Positions 56,104-64,000 of a stretch of DNA of 64,000 nucleotides are shown piece after piece (positions within the stretch are counted from its first letter, which is position 1; every line of letters starts with the position of its first letter). Location of the stretch: NCBI GenBank assembly GCA_964585925.1, contig CAZPFS010000002.1:30590-94589 (forward strand), given 5' to 3'. Source of the DNA: an uncultured Syntrophomonadaceae bacterium. GTDB lineage: Bacteria; Bacillota; Dethiobacteria; DTU022. The notes beneath the pieces were generated by a model. It was not told the origin of the DNA and did no database searches. It saw nothing but the letters and a program-made list of their open reading frames with translations. The translations under genes and the position numbers were made by a program.

Positions 56104-57102
56104 TTGAATAGAAAAAAAATTTTGACCATATCCTTATTGCTGCTGGCTTTAATGTTGTTTGCGCTCCCCGGGTGCACCCCCGGGAACGAATCACCGGGCG
56201 AGGCGGAAGAAAATTTTAACATCGGGATCGTCCAGATTGTTCGACACGAAGCCCTTGATCAGGCCAAGGAAGGATTTGTGCAAGCCCTGGAAGACGAGGG
56301 ATTTTCGGAGGGGGTCAATTTAACAATAAGTTACAAATGCGCCGAGGGAGAACAGGCCACCGCACGTTCCATTGCCGATGGCTTTGTGGCCGATGAAGTA
56401 GATTTGATTTTGGCCATTGCCACGCCGGCCGCCCAGGCCGCGGCACAGGCCACCCAGGAAATACCCATACTGATCACCGCGGTGACCAACCCCCTGGATG
56501 TAGGAGTAGACGACATTCAAAAACCGGGGGGAAATGTTTCGGGAACCACCGATTTGAACCCGGTGGGCGATCAATTGGCGCTGATCAAGGAGATCAACCC
56601 CGAGGCAAAGACTGTGGGAATTATCTACAACCCGGGTGAAACCAATTCCGTGTTCCAGGTAAAACTGGCCCGGGAAATAGCTCCGGAATTGGGGTTGACC
56701 CTCGTGGAAAAAGCCGCCCCCACCGGAAACGACGTGCTGGCTGCGGCGGAGGCCCTGGTTGATGTGGATGCAATCTACATTCCCACCGACAACACAGTGG
56801 TGGCGGCAATCGAGTCGGTGCTGAGGGTCGCCGAATCTGAAAAGATTATGGTGATCGCCGGTGAAGATAATTCTGTAAAAGCGGGGGCGCTGGCCACTAT
56901 CGCCGGCATAGATTATTATCAGTTGGGTTACCAAACCGGTAAGATGGCGGCCAGAATACTGCGTGGAGAGGCCGAACCGTCTACCATGCCGATCGAGGGC
57001 CAGGATTCCTATGTAGACATGGTAAATCTTACTGCCGCTGAAAGGATGGGAATTGAGCTGCCCCAATCGTTGCTTGACCGGGCGGAACTCTATACTGAAT
57101 AA
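56104..57102 (+). CDS. ABC transporter substrate-binding lipoprotein (ABC_sub_bind / COG2984-type)
   Basis: Lipobox LPGC. Periplasmic-binding-protein-like fold segments. 332 aa. Confidence 0.7.
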   Translation: MNRKKILTISLLLLALMLFALPGCTPGNESPGEAEENFNIGIVQIVRHEALDQAKEGFVQALEDEGFSEGVNLTISYKCAEGEQATARSIADGFVADEVDLILAIATPAAQAAAQATQEIPILITAVTNPLDVGVDDIQKPGGNVSGTTDLNPVGDQLALIKEINPEAKTVGIIYNPGETNSVFQVKLAREIAPELGLTLVEKAAPTGNDVLAAAEALVDVDAIYIPTDNTVVAAIESVLRVAESEKIMVIAGEDNSVKAGALATIAGIDYYQLGYQTGKMAARILRGEAEPSTMPIEGQDSYVDMVNLTAAERMGIELPQSLLDRAELYTE

Positions 57103-57150
57103 GCAGAACAGTGGTTTGCACAGGCAGCCGGGGTATTAATTACCGGCCGG

Positions 57151-58086
57151 TTGCCTGTGCAGTTGACAATTTTCGGGGGTGAGCCGATGTCTGCAGTGGT
57201 AGTACATGGAGCAGTATTGCTGGGGTTATTGTACGCAGTCATGGTGCTCGGTGTATTTTTGACCTTTCGGGTGCTTAATTATGCTGATTTGACAGTTGAC
57301 GGCAGTCTTCCTCTGGGGGCGGCGATCACTGCAGCCTTGATTGCCTCCGGAACCAACCCCATTCTGGCCACCCTGATGGCGCCATTATTGGGGGCGGCGG
57401 CAGGATTGATTACCGGTATTCTTCATACCAAGTTTTCCATAACTCCTTTGCTTTCAGGAATTCTTACTTCGATCGGCCTTTATTCCATCAACTTGCGGAT
57501 CATGAACAGCCCGAACATTTCCCTTCTTCGGGAAACAACCATTTATGATTGCCTGACCTTCGGAAACATGACGCTGCGAAGTGCCGTATATTTGACAGCC
57601 GGGGCCATAATTATCTTACTGGTAGCGGCCCTTTATTGTTTCCTGCATACCGAATCCGGATTGGCGGTGAGGGCTACCGGCGACAACGAGCTGATGATGC
57701 GCAGCCAGGGAGTAAACACCGATAATATGAAAATCCTGGGACTGGCGCTTTCCAATGCGCTGGTGGCTCTGTCGGGGGCGATGATTGCTCAATACCAAGG
57801 TTTTGCCGATGTAAATATGGGCATCGGGACAATCATTGTCGGCCTGGCCTCGGTTATTATCGGTGAGGTTTTATTCGGCATCAAATCCATCATAGGGAGA
57901 ATAGCCGCGGTAATTTTCGGATCGGTGGTCTACCGCTTGACCATCGCGCTGGTGTTGAGACTGGGATTCATAGAACATACCGACCTGCGTCTGTTTACAG
58001 CTTTATTGGTTACCCTGGCTTTGATTGCCCCCGAATTGAGAAATAAATTGAAATTAAATTCGGGAAGTAAAAAGGCGGTTCTGTAG
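57151..58086 (+). CDS. ABC transporter permease (COG4120-type)
   Basis: Eight to nine TM helices of the BPD_transp_2 type. 311 aa. Confidence 0.7.
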   Translation: MPVQLTIFGGEPMSAVVVHGAVLLGLLYAVMVLGVFLTFRVLNYADLTVDGSLPLGAAITAALIASGTNPILATLMAPLLGAAAGLITGILHTKFSITPLLSGILTSIGLYSINLRIMNSPNISLLRETTIYDCLTFGNMTLRSAVYLTAGAIIILLVAALYCFLHTESGLAVRATGDNELMMRSQGVNTDNMKILGLALSNALVALSGAMIAQYQGFADVNMGIGTIIVGLASVIIGEVLFGIKSIIGRIAAVIFGSVVYRLTIALVLRLGFIEHTDLRLFTALLVTLALIAPELRNKLKLNSGSKKAVL

Positions 58087-58102
58087 CTCAAACCAAATAT
58101 TA

Positions 58103-58927
58103 ATGTTGCGAGGTTCTCGAGTAATGTTGGATGTAAAATGTTTAACCAAGGTTTTTTACCGGGGAAGTATAAATGAAAAGATGGCTTTGGATGACGTCAC
58201 CCTGCGCCTGGAGGAAGGCCAATTTGTCACCATTATCGGAGGAAACGGGGCCGGCAAATCCACGTTGCTGAAATGTATTGCCGGCACTTATCCGGTAGAA
58301 GAGGGGCAAATCCACCTGAACGGCGCGGAGGTCACCCGTCTGCCCGATTATCAGCGGGCCGCCAACATCTGCCACGTATTTCAGGATCCAATGATGGGGA
58401 CGGCCTCCTCGTTGACCGTGGAAGAAAATTTGGCGCTGGCCCTGCGCAGGGGCGAAAGGAGGCGGCTGCGGTGGGCAATTACCGACCGGGATCGCACTAT
58501 GTTCAGGGAAAGGCTGCTGGATCTGCAACTGGGGCTGGAGGGAAGGTTGTCTTCCCCCGTCAAGTTGCTTTCGGGAGGCCAAAGACAGGCCCTGGCGCTG
58601 TTGATGACCACCTTAAAAAAACCCAAACTGGCCTTGCTGGATGAACATACCGCTTCGCTTGATCCGAAAACCGCCAATACGGTCCTGGAGCTGACGCGGC
58701 AATTGATTGAAAACCAATTGATTACCACCCTGATGGTTACCCATAACATGGAACAGGCCCTGAGAATGGGTCACCGGACCATAATGATGCACGAGGGGAA
58801 AATCATTCTGGATGTTTCCGGTCCCGAAAGAAGCGGCCTCACTGTTTCTCATCTGGTAGATATGTTTTATGAAGCCAGCGGTGAAGTTCTTCAGCAGGAT
58901 CGACTTTTACTGGCCAAAAGCCATTGA
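58103..58927 (+). CDS. ABC transporter ATP-binding protein
   Basis: Walker A GGNGAGKST, signature LSGGQRQAL, Walker B LALLDEHT. Confidence 0.8.
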   Translation: MLRGSRVMLDVKCLTKVFYRGSINEKMALDDVTLRLEEGQFVTIIGGNGAGKSTLLKCIAGTYPVEEGQIHLNGAEVTRLPDYQRAANICHVFQDPMMGTASSLTVEENLALALRRGERRRLRWAITDRDRTMFRERLLDLQLGLEGRLSSPVKLLSGGQRQALALLMTTLKKPKLALLDEHTASLDPKTANTVLELTRQLIENQLITTLMVTHNMEQALRMGHRTIMMHEGKIILDVSGPERSGLTVSHLVDMFYEASGEVLQQDRLLLAKSH

Positions 58928-58934
58928 ATCCCGA

Positions 58935-60080
58935 TTAACGTTCAATCAGCTGTTGATATAAATCAAGCATCTGCTCGGCAAAATACCCCGAGGAGTAAAG
59001 GGCGGCGTTTTGGTATGCCTGCATGCTCAAACTGCGGTACAGTTCTTCATTTTTCAGCAAACAGACGATTGCTTCCGCAAAAGAACCTATGGTGGGACTG
59101 GTCAAAATTCCGTCCTCCATGTTTCTGATCATTTCCGCAGCCCCGAAAGCTCTCAAGGCTACCACCGGTAACCCCTGGGTCTTGGCCTCCCCGATAACCA
59201 ACCCTTGAGTTTCGGTAAGAGAGGGGAAAACAAACAGATCTGCTCCGGCATAGCAATGAACCACCTTATACCTGGGCAAAATACCGGTAAAGGTAACCTT
59301 GCCGGACAGGCCCAGTTCGGTGACCAATAGGCGAAGTTGATTTTCAAGGGGCCCGCTGCCGACCATTACCAGATGGAGGTTGGAAATAGAGCGGGAAGCC
59401 TGAGCCACGGCATTTATTAAAAATGATACGTTTTTTTCTTTTCCCAGACGCCCCACAAACAATAAAACCTTTTCTCCGGGTCCTATTCCGTAAGTATTTT
59501 TCAGCCAGGAAGGGTCCGCATGGCTAAATTCATTAAGGTCTATTCCGGTCGGTATGGTCTTAATATCCACTTTGACTCCAATGTTGCGGAGGTATTTTTC
59601 TACGAATTGGGAAGGGCTGATCACCAGTCGGCAGTATTTGTTACAGAAATCGCGGCTGACGTTTCTTACCAGACGGCCGGTGGTGTTCTCAGCCCAGGGC
59701 AGGTAATGGACATATTGGTCATAAAGGGTGTGAAAGGTAAACACCAGGGGGATTCTGTAGCGCCGGGCAGCGCGGGCGCCAAGCCTGCCCAGTAAAAAAG
59801 GGGAATGGGCATGTATGATGTCCAGGCCGATCCGGCGAATGGTGGAGCCCAGGTTCAGGGAAATAGGTATAGGCAATGCAAAATCAGGCATGGTGGGTGC
59901 GGGGATCGAGACAAACCGGAATACCCTTTCCTCCCGGGGGCAGTGCAGGAGGGGGTAGTCGGGACCGAATATAAACACCTCATGCCCGCGGGCGGTAAAT
60001 TCTCTTGAAAAAAGTTCAAGCGATCGCACTACACCACTGGTATAAGGGCGAAAACTGTCCGTAAAAAAACCTATTCTCAA
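58935..60080 (-). CDS. glycosyltransferase family 4
   Basis: GT-B fold. N-terminal FFTDSFRPYTSGVV. EX7E-like motif near the C-terminus (GEAKTQGLPVVA). Confidence 0.75.
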   Translation of the reverse strand: MRIGFFTDSFRPYTSGVVRSLELFSREFTARGHEVFIFGPDYPLLHCPREERVFRFVSIPAPTMPDFALPIPISLNLGSTIRRIGLDIIHAHSPFLLGRLGARAARRYRIPLVFTFHTLYDQYVHYLPWAENTTGRLVRNVSRDFCNKYCRLVISPSQFVEKYLRNIGVKVDIKTIPTGIDLNEFSHADPSWLKNTYGIGPGEKVLLFVGRLGKEKNVSFLINAVAQASRSISNLHLVMVGSGPLENQLRLLVTELGLSGKVTFTGILPRYKVVHCYAGADLFVFPSLTETQGLVIGEAKTQGLPVVALRAFGAAEMIRNMEDGILTSPTIGSFAEAIVCLLKNEELYRSLSMQAYQNAALYSSGYFAEQMLDLYQQLIER

Positions 60081-60123
60081 TTAAGTTCACTCCCGGGTTG
60101 CGCCATAATGATCAAGTCCGCGC

Positions 60124-61374
60124 TCATTCCAGCCCCAATACCGGAACCGATGAAAACCCATATTTTTCCACGATTTCATCCCGCAGACCATCAAAGCCCG
60201 CCTGCAAGGACTGCAGATCATCTGTTTTCAGGTGATAATATTCCGGTTGATCGGAGGACAGCACTTCCGAAAGGGGCAGAACAGCATGGCGCCAGTCGCG
60301 GTTAACCCAGGTGATCTCGTAATCGGCCTTGGTGATTCGGGTAAGTCCGGTCTGCATGTCTTTGGATATCTCTGTTTTCAACGACAGACCGTACTGCACC
60401 CTGGGGGTGGGAATATACGGTTCCCAATGGAACTGGTTGGAGATAAAATTGCCCAATGAATAGGCAATCAGGGTTTGCCTTGGCGGGCCGCTCTCCTGTT
60501 CCAAAGTGATCCATTCCAGAGGCTGCATAACGTGGGGATGGCCGCCGACAATCAGATCGGCTCCGGCAACGGCCAATTGCCGGGCCAGATCCCGGTGAAA
60601 GTCGGTGGGGTTAAACCAGTATTCGTTCCCCCAATGCATATAGAGGACCACCAAATCGGCACCATATTCCCGGGCGGTGGCGATATCACGGATAATGGGA
60701 TCAATGTCGCTAAAATTGGGTATATAATTTATGGCATATTCATAACCTGCCGGAACCGGTATACCGTTGGTGCTTTCGGTATAGGCGGCAAAATATATTT
60801 TGATGCCGTTAATCTCCACAATCAACGGCTTCCGGTCCTCGGGGCGAAGATAAGTGCCAAAACAGTTCAGGCCGGCCTCATGGATACTGTTTACAGTTCG
60901 AAGCAGTCCATTGATTCCCATATCCAGACTGTGGTTGTTGGCGGTACAAAACAGATCAAATCCCGCCTGTTTCAGATCGGTCACCAGTTCATCGGGAGAG
61001 TTGAAACAGGGATAGCCGCTGAAGCCCCGTTCCGGTCCGGCCAAAACTGTCTCCAAATCAGCGACGGTCAGATCGGCTGATTTTAGGTATGGGGCAATAA
61101 AACTGAAACTTGGCCCGAAGTCATAGCTGCCGCCGGCAAAGGCCTGTTCCACCTGGGTTAAATGGGCCATTATATCCCCGGCGGTGATCAAGGTAGCGGT
61201 GCGAATATCCGGAGTAGGTTCCAAATTGTCATCGGGAATATCCGGTTTTGGTTGGGGATCCTGCGGGGGGGTGGAGTTAAAAATTGGAAACCAGGGAGGG
61301 TGAAACAAATATCCGGCCGATACCGCCAACAGCAATAAAACAATTACTGCGAGTACTAGATGCTTTGTTTTCAT
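60124..61374 (-). CDS. CapA-family metallophosphatase-like protein
   Basis: Signal anchor, then GDIMAH, ANNHSLD and GGHPH motifs typical of CapA/PgsA-like proteins. Confidence 0.7.
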   Translation of the reverse strand: MKTKHLVLAVIVLLLLAVSAGYLFHPPWFPIFNSTPPQDPQPKPDIPDDNLEPTPDIRTATLITAGDIMAHLTQVEQAFAGGSYDFGPSFSFIAPYLKSADLTVADLETVLAGPERGFSGYPCFNSPDELVTDLKQAGFDLFCTANNHSLDMGINGLLRTVNSIHEAGLNCFGTYLRPEDRKPLIVEINGIKIYFAAYTESTNGIPVPAGYEYAINYIPNFSDIDPIIRDIATAREYGADLVVLYMHWGNEYWFNPTDFHRDLARQLAVAGADLIVGGHPHVMQPLEWITLEQESGPPRQTLIAYSLGNFISNQFHWEPYIPTPRVQYGLSLKTEISKDMQTGLTRITKADYEITWVNRDWRHAVLPLSEVLSSDQPEYYHLKTDDLQSLQAGFDGLRDEIVEKYGFSSVPVLGLE

Positions 61375-61526
61375 CTGCGAATCCGCCTTCCCGGTATGAG
61401 GTAAACGACAATTGAATTATAACACTCTGCTATCCCAAATGCCATAAGCCGGTTGATTGTTCTAAGGACTGCAATTTTAACATAACATAAATATGAGAAC
61501 ACTATAAATACCTGGGGGAGGATAAG

Positions 61527-61784
61527 ATGGATCAGCTTACAGTTTATGGCATAGCGTTGGTGCCGGTCCTGGTGGGATTAAATGAGCTATTGAAACGCTC
61601 CGGGTTGCCTTCCCGTTTTATACCGCTGAGCTCGATGGTGATGAGTTATATTTTTTCCTTTTTTTACCTGGCCAACGGTGATTACAAGCAAGCGCTGATA
61701 CTGGGAACGGTTTTGGGTTTATCCTCAATAGGCCTTTTTTCGGGAACCAAGAATACCTTTGCCGCCAGAAGCAAAAGAATATAG
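61527..61784 (+). CDS. small two-TM membrane protein (holin-like topology, unproven)
   Basis: 85 aa with two hydrophobic helices and a charged C-terminus (ARSKRI). Confidence 0.3.
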   Translation: MDQLTVYGIALVPVLVGLNELLKRSGLPSRFIPLSSMVMSYIFSFFYLANGDYKQALILGTVLGLSSIGLFSGTKNTFAARSKRI

Positions 61785-61850
61785 CCGCTTGTTTACATAA
61801 GATATATTATCGGAAGTTAATTTTCGCATTTTAATCCCCTTTTTTTAATT

Positions 61851-62477
61851 TTACCGGGCTTGATCACGGTCTACATAGATGGTTTTTTGCGTACTGATAG
61901 GGGCTTCCTCCTTCTTTTTCTCTGGAAACAGCCGGAAGGCCCAACTCTTAATAATTGCGGCACAGAGATAAAAACCGGCTGCCCCGCCCAGGGTGTTCAG
62001 TAAAATATCATCCACATCAAAGGTTCGCTGGAAAACCAGACCTAAATATGAAAAGACGAGTTGGTAGGTCTCAATAAAAACAGACGTTAAAAGAACAATC
62101 AGTGCCGCCTTTTTAAGGCTTTTCTGACCAAACAACACCCGCAGATAAACCCCCAGCGGCAATAGCATGATCAGATTGTAAAAACTCAATTTAAGGCAAC
62201 TCCAGAGAAACCAACCCTGTCCGTGAAGACGGTAGTTAATAGAATCTAAAATGAAGTGAAAAGGAAGCGGCTGTACGATCACCTGCCCGGCAATTCCCGG
62301 CCTCGGTGGAATCTGCAATCCACCGGTCGTGTATTGAGCCACAAATAAAAGGTAGACCAGAAAACTGTAAAAAATGATCCTGTAGGGAAGATCGGCGGTC
62401 TTGTGCCTCAAATAATCAATTATTACATATAAAAACAGCAACGATATACCAACTGGCCTTAGATCAATACAGTTCAT
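61851..62477 (-). CDS. VanZ-family membrane protein
   Basis: Polytopic protein of 208 aa with the VanZ-like conserved N/D and ETxQ segment (FIETYQLV). Confidence 0.7.
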   Translation of the reverse strand: MNCIDLRPVGISLLFLYVIIDYLRHKTADLPYRIIFYSFLVYLLFVAQYTTGGLQIPPRPGIAGQVIVQPLPFHFILDSINYRLHGQGWFLWSCLKLSFYNLIMLLPLGVYLRVLFGQKSLKKAALIVLLTSVFIETYQLVFSYLGLVFQRTFDVDDILLNTLGGAAGFYLCAAIIKSWAFRLFPEKKKEEAPISTQKTIYVDRDQAR

Positions 62478-62762
62478 TTGTTTGGCTCCCGGGAGCGCAG
62501 ATAAGGCTCCAGCACCGCCCGGCCTACCGGGAGGGCATCGGCGGAAGTCATGACTCCCCCTTCGACCACCACCACGATGCCCGGCGATTCAGCCGGGTCG
62601 GAGGTGACATACCAGCAGGCATCACCATCACCAAAAATACCGGCAACAATAACAGGTTCAGTCCGGGGATTTTACCCGGTAATTTTCCTATTCTCAACAA
62701 GTGCCTCCCGCTAAAATGCTCAAATATTGCCACAGATGCAAATCTGGAAATTAGGTGTCAAA

Positions 62763-63155
62763 TTAGGCGTCCGTTCTTCTTGTGCTTTGTGCGGGACCTT
62801 TTTTCTTGCCTTTGCCAGTCCCCTTCTTCCCGTTTGCGGCCGGTTCCATGACCCCGCCTTCTTCAACCTGCAGATCATTATAAAACAGGTTGTGGTAATA
62901 CAGCCTCCCCGATGAGCGGATTAATAGGTTGTCCACCCTAATATTTCCGCTAGCATTCCCATATATTTCCAGCGTGGCGGCGGTGACATTCCCCTTCAAA
63001 CAGCCGGTGCTGGAAATTAAAACCTGCCGGCCGTTGATTATGTCACCGTTAAAATTTCCCTCGATTTCAACCAGATCCGCGGTTGCGGATATGCGGTCCG
63101 ATTTAACCCCTAGAAGCCGCCCAATTGCTTTAAATATGTTTACAATAATAATCAC
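62763..63155 (-). CDS. bactofilin-family cytoskeletal protein
   Basis: Repetitive beta-helix-like GxxNGxI segments (VEIEGNFNGDIINGRQVLISSTGCLKGNVTA) and a lysine-rich C-terminal tail. Confidence 0.75.
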   Translation of the reverse strand: MIIIVNIFKAIGRLLGVKSDRISATADLVEIEGNFNGDIINGRQVLISSTGCLKGNVTAATLEIYGNASGNIRVDNLLIRSSGRLYYHNLFYNDLQVEEGGVMEPAANGKKGTGKGKKKGPAQSTRRTDA

Positions 63156-63238
63156 CCAAAATTATTATACTGCCCGTCTTAAATCTATGCAACTTTAACA
63201 TATATTTACATTTAAGTACTATTTCCACAAATATAACC

Positions 63239-64000
63239 TTACAGTTCCAGCATCTTTCCTTTATTAACTGAAAAGATCACCGGTGATTGTTCAATTATTG
63301 CCTCACTGACATTTTTGCCCTTCAACGCCACCAGATTAGCGGGGGAACCGGGTTTTATTTCAGTACTTATGCCGCACATATATGCCGGGTTTATGGTTAT
63401 CATATCGAATATTTTTTCGAGCATGGAGCTGCTGCCCATGCGGCAGGCATAGGCGGTGATCAATGCTACCTGTAGCAGATTGGCATTTCCCAAGGGGACA
63501 AATACATCTTGAATATTGTCGGAAGCAACAGCAACCTTCAGGCCCCTATCCACAAGTTTTTTCACCGGCGCAATTCCCCGCCTTGATTTACAACAGTCAC
63601 CCAGGCCCTGGAGGTATAAATTAGAGGTGGGCAGCGATATTATATTTAGTTGCGCCCTGGCGATTTTATCCAATACCTCACTTAGTTTGTTTGGTTCCAG
63701 CGCATCGAGAGAGCAACAATGGCCTACGTTTACCCGGCCGGTCATCCCCCGGCACAGGGTCTCTTCTGATATCGTCACTATGGTCAGGTCTTCGGGATCA
63801 TCGGATTCATCTACGTGAAAATCGGGGACCATTCCATATTTTTCAGCCAGATCAAATATTTTTCTCACATGCAGCTCCGGGTCAATGTCCCTGGCAGGAA
63901 TCCCCCCTACCGCGTCCATACCCATCATACATGCTTCCTCCATCATTCCCATAATCTCGGGATATCTGTTGATCCCTTCCTGGGGAAAAGCCACCAGCTG
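63239..64000 (-). CDS. cytosine-deaminase-like amidohydrolase; 5' end lies outside the window
   Basis: C-terminal 250 aa of an amidohydrolase-fold protein (HVDE, VGHCCSL, ASDNIQD). The reading frame stays open to the window edge. Confidence 0.6.
   Translation of the reverse strand, partial: QLVAFPQEGINRYPEIMGMMEEACMMGMDAVGGIPARDIDPELHVRKIFDLAEKYGMVPDFHVDESDDPEDLTIVTISEETLCRGMTGRVNVGHCCSLDALEPNKLSEVLDKIARAQLNIISLPTSNLYLQGLGDCCKSRRGIAPVKKLVDRGLKVAVASDNIQDVFVPLGNANLLQVALITAYACRMGSSSMLEKIFDMITINPAYMCGISTEIKPGSPANLVALKGKNVSEAIIEQSPVIFSVNKGKMLEL

Noticed and set aside
62548-62733. 61-aa minus-strand ORF in the track
   Set aside because: Its frame gives low-complexity text. The adjacent frame, which reads like a protein C-terminus, is discussed as a possible gene fragment instead.

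Overview
This 64 kb window is a chromosomal segment from a spore-forming Firmicute, Clostridia-type. GC content looks mid-50s percent by eye and has not been computed. Nearly all genes are on the + strand. The backbone is conserved housekeeping and sporulation content:
- a partial gerW/ytfJ-like gene at the left window edge, then dacB-spmA-spmB and rluB;
- a cobalamin riboswitch followed by a BtuFCD-like ABC importer;
- aroH, cmk, plsC, an ispH-rpsA fusion and type-2 IDI;
- spoIIP, a YIEGIA protein with its small capping subunit, DUF3189, DUF512, der, plsY and gpsA;
- spoIVA and a tandem-HD hydrolase;
- mtnP, mtaD, surE, rtcB, upp, rny and spoVS;
- a dipeptidase and a PHP phosphoesterase;
- the gamma, biotin-carrier and beta subunits of a Na+-translocating decarboxylase, with no alpha subunit in the window;
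- a sirtuin, gltX, an uncharacterised ABC transporter, a family-4 glycosyltransferase (GT4), capA, vanZ, bactofilin and a partial codA-like amidohydrolase at the right edge.
The best candidate for an undescribed system is a tightly packed, co-directional cluster at 25.4-31.8 kb. It runs DtxR/MntR-type repressor, FeoA, FeoB, an Mrp/ApbC Fe-S carrier, two NifX/NifB-type cofactor-binding proteins, two MinD/CooC-type ATPases with inserted 2x[4Fe-4S] ferredoxin domains, and an IscU/NifU scaffold. No nitrogenase or CODH partner is present in the window.
Immediately downstream, 31.9-38.9 kb is a mosaic region that ends at a Thr-Tyr-Lys tRNA cluster. It holds a 5'-truncated, frameshifted Y-family polymerase pseudogene, an orphan endolysin-like amidase, msrAB, a split permease, a low-GC zinc-ribbon membrane protein, and an orphan yidD overlapped by a 36-codon CxxC...CxxC ORF.
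A second oddity sits after rny: three tandem 28-nt repeats ending in a perfect hairpin, then 9-mer repeats, then a low-GC hypothetical gene where Bacillus carries ymdB.
All calls rest on reading the translated ORFs and motifs; no database search was run.
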